Origin: Trichosphaerium sp. ATCC 40318
Taxonomy: Eukaryota; Protista; Tubulinea
Direction: 5' to 3'
Length of the DNA stretch: 64,000 bases
NCBI GenBank assembly: GCA_038496445.1
Contig: JALMLS010000527.1
Coordinates: 11,147 to 75,146 of the forward strand
Shown in pieces: positions 23,869-36,246 of this stretch (positions are counted from its first letter, which is position 1; every line of letters begins with the position of its first letter). The position numbers and the translations under genes were made by a program. The notes beneath the pieces were generated by a model. It had not been told where the DNA came from and ran no database searches. It worked only from the letters and a program-made list of their open reading frames with translations.

Positions 23869-25074
23869 ATGGCGTCAAACAACACAAGTTCTCTAAGCAG
23901 TTACTACGCTCAAGAGACGCGCGTTTCTAAGTATTGGAGAGGTATTAGGCTTATAATTACATTATCCTCACAAAAGGTGTAGATAAATACGAGAAAGACG
24001 CTGCAAAATACTGGGATAAGTAAGGAATGCTTTCTTCCATGTTTACCAGCGTTATTAAATCTAAAAAGGTTTTATCGTAACAACCAAGATAATTTCTTCA
24101 AAGATAGGCATTGGATAATGAGGGAGTTTTCTGAGGTGCGAAACTAATAATAATTGAAGCAAACGTACGTTTCAGAAATGGTAATAACGTAGCTCTGTTA
24201 TTTAGCTGAAAGAAGGATCAAACACAAAACTTGTTGAGGTTGGTTGTGGTGTTGGTAATACAATTTTTCCCTTAGTAGATGCACTATCGGATATTGCATA
24301 TATCTATGGTGTTGATTTTTCAAAAAAAGCAATTGACATCGTTAAGGTAAGTCAGAAAATGACATGTGTCAAAAGTCAATGAAAACAATCAGATTTTTAA
24401 TTTGACTCTTTTTTGCCTTAGGCTAATCCTAATTACAATGAAGAGAAGTCATGTAAAGCGTTTGTCTGTGATATTTCTAGAGACCCTTTGCCTGAAGAAA
24501 TAGGATCAGAGGGGAACAAGATAGATTTTGTGCGCATTTTGTCTGTTAATTGCTGGGTTTTCTCGCTTTGTTTCTACAATATTGATGAACGGTATCTAGG
24601 CACTTTTAATATTCATGCTAAGCGCTGTTTCACCTGAACGAATGCCAACAGTATTACAACACATACATAAAGGTAAAGTGAACATCAGTTGGTATGGTGT
24701 GTTAAAAAATTATCTTCAGTTTTAAAGCCAGGAGGTGTTGTAATGTTTCGTGATTATGGAGTCGGAGACATGGCACAGACACGTTTTGAAAAAAAGAAAC
24801 AGACAAATGAATTAAGCGAGAATTTCTATGTAAGAGGTGATGGAACAAGGGCATACTTCTTTTCAACAGGTAACAAACAAGCTAAACATTTTGGATTGGT
24901 TTTTGACAGTTTTCCTCTTTTTTAGATGAATTAAATACTCTATTCACTTCAAATGGGTTTGAAGTATTAGAATGTGATTACGTTAAGCGTGACGTTGAAA
25001 ACAAAAAGTTGGAGACAAAAATGCACCGTGTTTGGCTACAAGCTAAATATAAAAAGGCTACTACCAATGAATGA
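23869..25074 (+). CDS. METTL6: tRNA m3C methyltransferase, METTL6/METTL2 family
   Basis: [61 protein letters not shown] and [10 protein letters not shown]. Confidence 0.9.
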
Positions 25075-25216
25075 AACGACGACTATTGAGCAAGGGCGTG
25101 TAAATAATATAAACTGAATAAGTGAGATTTGATAGACCTTTTTCGCGGTTTTGTGAAATTGTATGAAAATTCGATAAGTCTTCGTTATTCTTATGTAGTT
25201 TTGTTTAAACTGCACC

Positions 25217-27569
25217 ATGGCCGAAAGGGAGGACGGAGAAGTATCTGATGACGGAGAATCCGTTCAATTAGAGTTACTCGGCATACTAGATGATACACCT
25301 ACCAAGGCATTGCCCCTCTTTCACCTTTACGTATTTATGGTAGAAATTAGAAGCGTAAACACGAAGGCGACGATGAACGCGATGCAAAGAAGAGTAAAAC
25401 AGGCCATGTACCTCTAAAGAAGCGTACACTAGAAAACTACGAAGAGTACTAGCTTCTTGGCCCTTTTTGCGTATTAACGACTCAAAAAAAAGGGGAAAAG
25501 AAATAAGCGCTGGTGATCTGCACTCCGACTCTGAGTCTGTATCATTCTCTGAGGAGGAAGACTCGCTAAGCGAATATGATGAAATTACTATGTATAAAGA
25601 TGACGAAGATAGGCGCCAGTACGCTTAGTTGTCATGTACTGGCGTTTTAAATTTATTTTTATTAAAGGTTAGAATTACTACCTCAAATGGAGCGCGAAAG
25701 TATTCTTTTCGATCGTAGAGAACGTCTAGCGCGAAGAAGAACACTAGCAAAGCTAAGTGACAAAAAAGGCCGCAAACAGCAATCAAGGACTAGAACAGCT
25801 GCAACGCGTAGAAAACGTAATTAAATTGTATCCCAGTTAATATAAATGACATATAAATAGGTGATAAGGATCAGAAGCACAAACGGGCTGCTCTGGCAGA
25901 AATGGCACTGAAAAGGAACCAAAGCAAATCGCGTCCTGCTCCTGAACTACGTAACTCACCGCCTGAACCTCAAGAAGACAAAAGCAACGATAGAGACAGA
26001 GATAGATCATGGGACAGGTCTTATGAGAGGTCAGATAGACAATATGAAAGGCAATACGATAGACAATATGATAGACAATATGAAAGGCGTATAAGTATGA
26101 ATTCTGACGCTTCTGATGAGTACAACGATAATGGTAATTTTTTTTTCCTTTTGACAATCTCAATTGTATTTTTCTTTGTTTGATTGAAGTGTTGTTTGGA
26201 GTCTTATAATTTTTGTGTATAGCTGATAGTCAGGGTGGCACCACGTTGAAGGATATTGCGCCTATAGTAGTTAGTCGTACACAACTCGCAAAGTGGGTTG
26301 GTGAGCCATATTGGAAGGATGTTATAACTGGATTGTATGTTAGGATTGGCGTTGGGAGAAGAAATAAAGACAGTGTTTACCGTCTTGCTGAGATTCAGGT
26401 ACGAGAGATTTATTACCTTTCAATTTATTAATACAGCGCATAGGGAGAAAGAACTGTGGATAAACACTATCGATTACCAGGAACTGGTAAATCAACAAAC
26501 GTTGAACTTGAATTGAAAATTGCCAATTCAAGAAAATTCTTCAAGATTCTTTATGTTAGTAATAGCCCGCTCACTGATGCAGAATTTAATGAATTTCAAC
26601 TCGAAATGAAAAGAAAGAACCTAGAGAATGAGATTCCAAGTAAATCAAAGATAGAGAGAAGAATGAAACAGGTCAAGAAGGCAGAAAACTTTGTCTATAC
26701 AGATGTACGCTCTTGAACAAAGGGTTTTTTTTTTCAATTATTATCACGTGCTCACGTGTCTAAAACAATTTTAGGATGTTATAAATAGTATGATTAAAGC
26801 ACATACATCTACACCACAACCAAGAAACTTAGTTCGTGAGAAACAGGTACGCTTTAAACGAGAATCATTCTGGAAACTCAAACTGTTTATCTCTAACTTT
26901 GTTTTGTGGAAAAGTCATTGGAGTTAAAATTGGGTGTTGCTATGGAAACAAATGATGAAGAAAATATACGTATTATACGATCTAAGCTTGCTGAAATCGA
27001 AAAATACGATGAAGAGCAACGTCAGAGAGTCAGAGATAAGAATCGCACTTTAAACAAACTGAATAGACGTAACAGAGATATAAACTTTGCAAAACTATTC
27101 CAAGAACCTACACAAATACGATCATCAAAACCTGGTACGTTGTAACAAATACTTAAGCGAGAAAAATTAATCAATCGTTTTTATCAACTATTTTTGTCTT
27201 AACGGTTTAAACTATTTTTGTGTTTTCTCTAACAGTTTAAAAGGTGAGCTTGATCCCTTTGCAAGACGTTCTACAAAACCTCAACATTGGATGGCACGGG
27301 CAGATCAAGAGGATAAGGATGAGAAGGATGAGGTTGAAGATGAAGTAGAGGCCATCGCTGATTCGCCTGTTATACGAAAAGTAACTAATAAGTTCGCTGC
27401 TGTTAAAGAGAGTATAAGTTTGAATTTATCTTTGGAGGATGCGAACAAGGCAAAATCTTCATCAAAGGTTTCTCTTTCATTAAAACCTAGAGTACAAACA
27501 CAGCCATCTAATACTGCGAAAAAGAAGCTCAGCCTTGCTGATTATTTGAAAAAAAAGAAAGGAATGTAA
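25217..27569 (+). CDS. RTF1: Paf1 complex subunit RTF1 (Plus3 domain)
   Basis: YKDDEDRR..LPQMERESILFDR, Plus3 VSRTQLAKW..GLYVRIGVG..YRLAEI..YVSNSPLTDAEF, and LDPFARRSTKP. Confidence 0.9.
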
Positions 27570-27640
27570 ATAAAATGAAATAAATAGGTTGTAATAATGG
27601 GTCCAGATAAAGAACAGATAAAGGCTTTTATTTAATCAAG

Positions 27641-28003
27641 TTACGCGACAGTAAGATGTTTTTTACCCAAGTCTTCCCACTCATCTCCTGTGTTATCAGT
27701 AACGGTTCCTACAATACCGACTTTTAAAGCTACTTTATATACTAACTCATCATGAGCTTTTCGACATCCTCCTCTTCCTGATAGAAAGGCTCCAGCATTG
27801 TTATTGCTCGTTCCACTTATGTTACACATCCGCGAATGAACAACTTTTGAATCCAGGATAATACAGTCTTTGTAATCCTCGTACGCCTTTTTCTTTGCTT
27901 CGTCTATTGCCCATCCTTCCATTCTTTCCTTGCTTTTATGGTTTACTCCATCGCATACAATTGTTCCCTGTTTCCTTACAATAATAGCCGTGTAATGTGA
28001 CAT
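27641..28003 (-). CDS. Intronless hypothetical protein (about 120 aa)
   Basis: Open frame with protein-like composition, lying convergent to RTF1. Alternative start at 28078. No family recognised. Confidence 0.6.
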   Translation of the reverse strand: MSHYTAIIVRKQGTIVCDGVNHKSKERMEGWAIDEAKKKAYEDYKDCIILDSKVVHSRMCNISGTSNNNAGAFLSGRGGCRKAHDELVYKVALKVGIVGTVTDNTGDEWEDLGKKHLTVA

Positions 28004-28556
28004 GAGTTGCGTATGTTGTTTAATGTAGAGAATCTGCGAGTTCCTTTGTCTACGGTACCAGAGGAACTTGTGTGTCATTCAATGAATTTTCAGCGTTACT
28101 TTATTGGCTGTAAGTGGAACTACATACGTATGGTATCATACGATGGACAAAAGTAGTTGAAATATCAACAACTTTTCATTTACTTTCCGCGGGTTTTAAC
28201 GGTTCTGAGATTTTTCTGGCTACTCCTTTATGTCTATTAGGCAATCTTTTGTACTTAATTTTACTACGCGTTGTGTCTTATTAATAATAAACTAGCACGT
28301 GATTGTTTGCAGTCAATCTTCCTACATGTTTTTCTCTAGTTTTCTGCATCAAGTGCATCGCTTGGAATATCATTTTTCTATCTGTTGTACGAGGCTTGCG
28401 CCAATAAATTTTGCAGGGTTTTAGTAGTGCCGTTAGATTTTATAATGCTGTTTTCTTGACATTGTTTGACAAGTGGAATTATGTCTTTGTAGACTTCTTT
28501 TAATAGCACCATATCACGTAGTTATAACGTGATCTTTTATTGTTAGTTTGGTAGTG

Positions 28557-29845
28557 ATGTCTGGTTGTTGTTTCGATTTCTTTACATCTTTTCTTTCAAA
28601 TTCACTAATAGTTGACGGAAATCGCTATACAAAACAAAGGTATGCCTTGTCAATAGTTTTTAGGCTAATGTATTTTTATTTGTAGAAAGATAGGTGAAGG
28701 AGGCTTCGCAGTTGTCCATTTAGTACTATCAGAGGCTGATAATAGATTATATGCCGCCAAAGTGTGCCTGATTCATGATGAAGAGCAAAAAAAGGTAACG
28801 TAGCAGTTACTGGGTAAATTCTCCACGTTAACACCCACAAGCAAGCAATGAAGGAAATTAAAGTATTAGAAAAAATACAGCACAAGAATATTCTACGCAT
28901 GGTGGGATACTCTGTTTCTCTACAGTACGCCGTTAGAAGTATTTCTCTAGTGACGTTTCATTAGTCCATCAATCCCAGAAAGTGAACAGATAATAATCAT
29001 CACAGAATATCACGAAAGAGTATTACAAAGCGTAATAGACAAGAAATTTGCTCAATCGGCAACAATGTCAGAAGTACTCATTTTGAGATTATTCAAAGGC
29101 ATTTGTGATGGTTTAGCAGCAATGCACAAAGCCGGATACGCGCACAGAGACATAAAACCGGACAGTATCCCAACAAGTCAATCCACCTTCATAGTTTTTT
29201 TCTCTCGTAATCGTTGTTCTTCTTCACTTTCTTATACGTTTTAATGTCAACTGAAGGCGAAGCTATTCTTATTGATTTTGGGTCAGCATGTAAAGCGCAA
29301 GTACGTAGTTGTCTAAAATATCGTGATTACGCCTCTCGTTAACTGCGTATTAAAACAAACAGGTGACAGTAAACTTGACAGGAAAAGAGAGGATGAGATT
29401 TTTAGAACAAGCCGTTGAACTAACAACGCCATCATATCGCGCACCTGAGGTACTACAGTTATTAGTATTAAAACATTAATCTCGTGTAAACTAATGTGAT
29501 GATTAGCTTTTTGATGTTGGGTTGGTTATTAATGATGATGATATGGCAGCAACATCAAGCGATGAGTTACAAGTCAATCTACAAAAAGCTGATATTTGGG
29601 CCTTGGGTTGTATGTTGTATGCTATGGCGTTTTTAGAGAACCCATTTGATGATGCTGTTAAACGAGGAGGTACAGTTCAAATGGCTGTAGTTAATGGACG
29701 ATATCCTATACCTGAAGATCATGGTTATAGTAAAGGATTTATGGAATTGATAGCGTTCATGCTTAACACTGATTATAACCAAAGACCTTTGATTTCTGAT
29801 GTTATGAAACGTGTACATAGTGTGGCAGAGGCACTAAGCGAATGA
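28557..29845 (+). CDS. STK16: NAK-family Ser/Thr kinase, STK16/Env7-like
   Basis: N-terminus MSGCC, IGEGGFAVV, HRDIKPD(N), LIDFGSA, TTPSYRAPELF and DIWALGCMLYAMAFLENPF. Confidence 0.88.
29165..29235 (+). other. Probable U12-type (minor spliceosome) intron with GT-AT termini
   Basis: Donor GTATCC, pyrimidine tract TTCTTCAC near the 3' end, and a ...CTTAT|AC junction that restores HRDIKPDNVLM. Confidence 0.65.
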
Positions 29846-30047
29846 TAACGTTGGTTGCGATGATTGAAGGCTGTCAATAAAGCAAATTTTTCTCGATTCG
29901 AGAAGGCTCAAGGTCGCTTGCTGAAAAAAAATGTGTTATCTCAAAGGGCGCAGATGGTGCTTGAGTAATTTTTTACGCATATGCAAAGTATTTACTGCGT
30001 TTCAGACACTTGTTGTGGTACAGTGTATTGATTCAGTGTTTTTCCGT

Positions 30048-30430
30048 TTATTCTTCCGCTTTTGCGTCAATGGTGATGCCATGAAGTTTTGTGAGTTCCT
30101 CTTTGAGTGCTTTGTTGACTTCACGGTGCATTTGTACTGTAGCCGTTATTATTATTGCATTATACTATTCTACGCACCCATAGTCTTTCCTTTGAATTTT
30201 GGGCTTGTTATTTCGATCTTAAAGAAGTTGTTGGTTGCCGACATGCTTTGGACTGTTAAAGTCTTACAAGGGCCAAATGAAGCCTTAAGCTTATCTGCGA
30301 CGCTCTCAGGAGTAGTCAAACCTGTATCTGAGCATGACACATCAAAGGTTCGTTTAGTTGTGTGGTAGCGAGATACCGGGCGTCGTACGGTTTGTACGCG
30401 AACTCTTGATGTGGCAAACGTGCGCAACAT
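30048..30430 (-). CDS. BolA family protein with probable mitochondrial presequence
   Basis: FFKIEITSPKFKGKTM joined across one intron to VQMHREVNKALKEELTKLHGITI. Arg-rich N-terminus. Confidence 0.88.
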
Positions 30431-30488
30431 TTTTAACTGTGTTGACTTGGAAGGAATTTATGCAAAGTTGGTCTTCATGTAAATCCTT

Positions 30489-30881
30489 TTATTTATTCTG
30501 GTTTTGTTCTGTGTTTTCAACTGGTAACGTTGGCGTATATGTAGCCTAAACTAGTGGCTCAGGACTGAATACGCAAGTGGATTGCAGCACCAACCCATGT
30601 TGTCAAAAACATAGTTCTTGGATTACAGTATTATTCCTCTAGCTTCTGTAATGGCAATAATAATGTTAACTACGACGGTTCCTGCTCCAAATCGACCACA
30701 TATGCTTGCTAACAGGTGGACTGTTGCTTTAAGGCAGTGTTAATATGTACATTGGTAAGGATCTTCCTAAGCCAAAAAAGAAAATATAAAAGGTCCAGGC
30801 CCGTAGGCGTAGTAGTGCTACCATACACAATTCGAGAGGCGTACTCCTCTCGCTGGGATTCGAACCAAGAAGAAAAGTCAT
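30489..30881 (-). CDS. Putative small spliced protein
   Basis: ATG at 30881 (MTFLLGSNPSER), a GTACGC donor and several AG acceptors. Exon structure not fully resolved. Confidence 0.3.
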
Positions 30882-31453
30882 GTTACTGCTGGATCTGAAA
30901 TAAATAGTGGTGCAGATTGTTAAAAAACACGAGCAAAACAAAAGGGAAAAAAAAAGTGGTTATGACAACATAGCATATTAATGCTTCACAAAAACTTTCG
31001 AGCCTCTATTCGTCTACTAAAAAAGTAACCTATTCACGCTAACAGTATGTTCATTGAAATACACAAAGTTGCAAAAATACAGTCCTAATTCGCGAATAAA
31101 ACTACGAAAATTACAGGAATTTTAGTTGGGCTGTCACATTTTTTGTGGCAACCCAAGGTGGTAAAACGATAGATCATAAGTTTGGTTCTGTAAGTGAGCG
31201 AATGAAACCTGTACATGAAAGACATACGCCAATCCCAGTGTACGGGAGAAATAGGTGGGTCCATAGGATATTAATAGCTTCATACAATTTTGCCATCACG
31301 TGTAAGTGATAAAGTCAATACGTAGTCAAATTCCCTTACCAATAACGATAAAAGCGTGCCCGTGGTGACCGTACCTATGTCTGATGCTACTGAAACGTAA
31401 AACCTTATTGAAATAACGTTAGTTAATTGTTCAGCTAATCTTAGCCTAGAGAT

Positions 31454-32347
31454 ATGCAAAACATCCTATATTTACCAAATGAAATACTGGCTCATGTTTT
31501 AACACAAATACAAACTTCTAGATTTGCAGCAGCTCAAAGTTGTTCTACCTTCGCATCACTCATTCACAACGTAGTTGGGTACACGCACATTATAATATCA
31601 AACGTTAAAACAGCGAAAACAATCAGCAAATATCCAGGAATACTTAAACAAACAAGAGTTAAGGTGAAAGCCACACGTGCAGAATATCTGTGGGGCAATA
31701 ATTTAGAAACAAATGAAAGTGTTAATGCGCTTGCAGGTGTCCGTACTATTGACCTTAGCTATACCAACGTGACAGATGAAGGTGTAAAAGCACTTTCAGG
31801 CGTTCATTGTATAAATCTTCGTAGAACAAAAGTATCAGATATGGGATTAAAAACTTTGGTAGGTGTACATACTATTGATCTTAGATATTGTCGCCATGTG
31901 ACTGATGAAGGAATCAAATTTCTGGCTGGTGTTCATACTATTGACCTTGATAGTACTCAAGTAACAGATAAAGGTGTTAAAGAACTTGCAGGCGTTCACT
32001 CCATTAATCTTTGTAAAACAAGTGTAACAGATGAAGGCATTAAAGTACTGGGAGGTGTGCATACTGTTGATCTCTCTTATACAAAAGTAACAGACGAAGG
32101 TTTAAAATCACTGGCAGGTGTTTATACCATTGATCTTTGTTCCACTTTAGTTACTGACAAAGGCATTAAAGCTCTTTCAGGCGTGTATAAAATTTTTCTT
32201 ATATGCACAAGAGTTACAGATGAGGGTATCAAGGCACTAATGGGGTCTCATACCATTGATCTACGGCAAACAAGAACAACGGTTGAAGGTATTAACGTGC
32301 TGAAAGGTTCTAGAGTTTATCATGGCTTTTCTATTTATGAATTTTAA
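31454..32347 (+). CDS. F-box + 9 LRR protein, copy B (intronless, no leader exon)
   Basis: F-box ILYLPNEILAHVL..AAAQSC and LAGVHTIDLxxTxVTDEGIK repeats. Confidence 0.9.
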   Translation: MQNILYLPNEILAHVLTQIQTSRFAAAQSCSTFASLIHNVVGYTHIIISNVKTAKTISKYPGILKQTRVKVKATRAEYLWGNNLETNESVNALAGVRTIDLSYTNVTDEGVKALSGVHCINLRRTKVSDMGLKTLVGVHTIDLRYCRHVTDEGIKFLAGVHTIDLDSTQVTDKGVKELAGVHSINLCKTSVTDEGIKVLGGVHTVDLSYTKVTDEGLKSLAGVYTIDLCSTLVTDKGIKALSGVYKIFLICTRVTDEGIKALMGSHTIDLRQTRTTVEGINVLKGSRVYHGFSIYEF

Positions 32348-32805
32348 CAGCAATGCACACTTTACATCTACGACAATATGAATAACTCATCTTACCTACA
32401 GAACATTGTATATTCTGTATGAGTAGGATTTCGACTTAACACAAAGCAATCGGGTTGAGCTGAAGTAAAACAAAATATCCCTTGCGATACAAGCCCATGC
32501 TACATTGTAACTCCAATAAACGTTGCTAGTTTACTTGTAAAAAGTTGTCAAAGTCATAGTGTTCATTACTCAAAAACTTACGATTGAAATCTAACTTCAT
32601 TCTAGAACTGAATAAATATAGTTTGTTTGCACCACACAATCCAAGCAGGTAATCGGGATTTTGTTTCAAAAGGCTGAAGTCAAAGATGTTCTCAGTTTAA
32701 CAGGAATCATGATTGATTGATAGAGCGTGATAAGTTACATATTTTTACTTAACCTTCAACTGTTGCAACACCTCTTGAAACCTCCAACAACACAAATATA
32801 CGCAC

Positions 32806-34557
32806 ATGGAACCTTCAACTGAGAAAAAGGTACGTCAAATAACTCTTCAACCTTTTCACCTTTGGTTTTGTTCTAATCAAACGATAAATAGGTTAAACCC
32901 ACTTACGAAACATACGTGGAAGAGGAGAAGCATCCAATACGACTTCCAGCAGTTTTGCAACGAAAAATTATCAAAATGGAACCAGATCTTTATTTAAAAT
33001 GGCCTCTGATTTCTAAAACCGCGGCGATGGCGACCAGATTCGATGCTAACTTCAGGAAACACGGAGAGTGGGACCGACATAGAATTTTGCTCGTGATTGA
33101 TAACACAATCGTAAAAACGGAAATTGTAAAAGAGCAATATTGGACACATGGCATACTATACACCCCCCAACCAGAATGCCGTAAGTTACTTGAACTTCCT
33201 GGCGAACTGCAACTAGCTATCGCCGATGTAGACTACGAGATTAATATAAAATGGGCGCTCTTGTCAAAAGAGGCAGCGATGAACACGAGGTTTGATAGTG
33301 ACCTGAGGACACGCGGTAAATGGAAACGCTACCTCCTTTGTAACTACGATAACTATTCAAAGGCTAATCCACGTCTTTTAATACAAGAGCATCGGCAGTG
33401 CAATCTGCTCCATGGCTTACAAGAGATGTGGCACTACAATGGCCTACCGAGACAGACGGGCAGTTATGACAACAATAGTCGCGAGGGGGAGTTCAAAATT
33501 TGGTATGAGCATGGCCAACTTAACGAGCAGTGTCACTACGTAAATCATAAACGCGAGGGCGACTATAAATCGTGGCATGCGAATGGCAACTTGAGCGAGC
33601 AATGTCATTATGTAAATGATAAACGCGAAGGCGAGCGCAAAACTTGGTTTGATAGTGAGGATGGTGATCTATGGACGATATCCAATTACTCCAACGGCGT
33701 GTATGATGGAGAGTACAAAGAGTGGCACCTAAATCGTAAGCTTGAAGTGCATTGCTATTACAAAGCGGGAAATCTACAAGGGGAAAGCAAAAAGTGGTAC
33801 AATGATGGTCAACTACAGGAGCATTGTTACTACTCAAACAATGTACACGTGGGTGAATACAAACGTTGGTACATTAATGGCCAAATGGAGGAGCATAGCG
33901 TCTATAAAAACGGACAACGAGAAGGAGATTATACAATTTGGTACAGAAATGGCCAGAACAGAGTTATGTCATTGCCTAAATGATACAACCAGCACACGCA
34001 TTTCTTGGCATTCCAACGGCCAGACAGAGGAGCGATACACGTTAGTGAACGGTATGAAGCATGGAGAGTACCAAAGGTGGTTTTCCAATGGCCGCTTGAA
34101 TGAGGTTAGTAGCTACGAAAATGGGGAAAAAGAAGGAGAGTACAAAAGCTGGGACTACAATGGCCAATTGCGTGAGCATGGCGATTATGTAGCTGGTGAA
34201 CGAGAATATTACAAGAGTTGGTACAGCAATGGCCAATTGGAAGAGCATGAGTTTAATGGGGAGACAAAAATATGGTTTAAAAGTGGTCAATTGATGGAGA
34301 ATTACATTCACGCCAATGATGAGTATGATGTAGAGTACAAAAGGTGGTATGAAAATGCGCAATTGCAAGAGCATGGTCATTACGTAAATGGTGAGTATCA
34401 CGGAGAGTGGAAAAAGTGGTGGGCCAATGGTAATAAATATTCAGTGTATAATTATATCAATGGCAAGCGTGAGGGAAAGTGCACACTATGGTTTAGTGAT
34501 GGCAGAACAGAAAAGGAGATGTATTACAAAAATGACATTCTCCACTGCGCAAAGTAA
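32806..34557 (+). CDS. Double F-box-like + long MORN-variant array, copy 3; frameshift near 33957
   Basis: Exon 1 MEPSTEKK, intron 32830-32891. Two tandem LPxxLQxxI..KWxLxSK..TRFD domains. The MORN array continues in the +1 frame to 34557. Confidence 0.82.
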
Positions 34558-34675
34558 TACTGCTCAATTCGATTGGCCTTTTGTACAATATTTACCTTAA
34601 TAAAATATGGATTTTGTTGCTTTATTGTATTTGTGAGGCAAGTGCTTAAAAATTCTAAGTTGGAAAGTAATGCTG

Positions 34676-36246
34676 CTAGAGGTAAGGTATACCTATACGG
34701 CACAGTCCCAAAGAGTATTCTATAAAACAATCACGATAGTCAACACGGCTAATACATGCTCTTCTAAGACGACGATCAGTATCCCTAGAAAATCTAGGAG
34801 TGGAGGTAGACTTTTCAACATATCGAAGGCCTTTTAGTGATAGAAAAGCATCGTTAGTAATATGATCACAGTTTTTAAGACCAATTATATAAACACCTGA
34901 CAACGCTTTTACTCCTTCGTCTGTAATTGAAGTACCATCAAGATTAATGGCATGCACCCCTACAAGTGCTTTGATGCCTTCATCTGTCACTCTAGTACGA
35001 GCAAGATCAATAGCATGAACACCTGCAAGTGCTTTTATACCTTCATCTGTCACCAAAGTATCTCCAAGGTGAATTGTATGAACCCCTGCGAGTGCTTTTA
35101 CACCTTCATCTGTAACTGAAGTATTATTGTTAAGGAAAATGGTATGAACACCTGCGAGTGCTTTGACTCCTTCATCTCCTACTGAAGTATTTCTAAGGAA
35201 AACAATATGAGCACCTCTCAATGCTTTAATACCTTCACTGGTCACTGAAGTTCTATCGAGGTAAATGGTATGTACTCCTCCAAGCTCTTTTAAACCTTCA
35301 TCTGTGACATGAGTGCCAGTGAGTTTAATAGTATGAACACCCTTTAATGACTTGATGCCTTCATCTGTCACGTTATTGCAGTTTAAAAGATCAATTGTAT
35401 GAACTCCTGCAAGGGCTTTGATTCCTTCATCTGTCACCAATGTGGAAGTAAGATCAATTGCATGTACACCTTTTAGTGCCTTGAGGCCACTGTCTGTGAT
35501 ATTGATACAACGATAAAGAGAAATAGAATGTACTCCTGCAAGTGATTTAAGATCACAATCATTGATAACTCCATATTTTACATTATATAACTCTGGGTTT
35601 CTTTTGAACGAAGTATCAATGTATTTACATCCAGATAACAATGAATATAATGTATTGTTTTCAACATTCATCACAATGACGCTATTTTTCATGATACCTT
35701 TGTACTGTCTGACCTTTAAGATGTCTGGGATATCGTAAATATAGACTCTTTCATATCCAACAACCTGATGGATGATATCAGCCATCAAACGACATGACTG
35801 AGCAACAGCAAATCTTGATTTCGCATCTGTATGACTTAAAATCGTAGATATAACTTCTGGTGGGAAATTGATGATGTTCACTACTTTATGTGAACTTGTT
35901 TGTGTTCTTTTAAACTGTTAGCACAAACTATTTACAGTTTCAAAACGCACTTTCTCTTTTGCTTGTGTTTTGGTAGCGATAGGTCGTCGAAATGTGTCAC
36001 AGGTATAATAGTTGCATTGTTGGAATGTACTGGAGGCTGTTTGGATGAGATAGCGCTTGTATCAATACTTTTAGAGAGATATTGGTCGAGTTGGTGTAAA
36101 AGGTTCTTGTTTGCAATGTTTAAGATATTTTCAAGCTGGTTTATGAACACTTTGCGTTGTTTTGTGGTGATTTTACTAAACTGATCTTTGTGGCTGTTGT
36201 GATAGTACGTGATTGCTTGATCTACTGAAATACCTGGTAAGCTCAT
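34676..36246 (-). CDS. N-terminal helical domain + F-box + 11 LRR protein, copy C
   Basis: Exon 1 MSLPGISVDQAITYY.. is joined in frame by intron 35907-35950 (GTGCGT..CTAAC..AAG) to ORF 34676-35881. Paralog of 3594-5190. Confidence 0.88.

Noticed and set aside
25990-26085. GACAATATGA-type 12-bp tandem repeat
   Set aside because: An ordinary coding low-complexity tract (DRQY)n within RTF1.
30833-30867. GGTTCGAATCC (tRNA T-loop/B-box) on the minus strand plus a CGAGAGG/CCTCTCG hairpin
   Set aside because: No D-arm, anticodon arm or acceptor stem can be folded, and it overlaps a plausible exon and GTACGC donor.
31454-36246. A bona fide endogenous giant-virus insertion
   Set aside because: No viral hallmark genes (capsid, polB, packaging ATPase), integrase or terminal repeats, and the genes carry host-type introns. 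Viral ancestry remains only a hypothesis.
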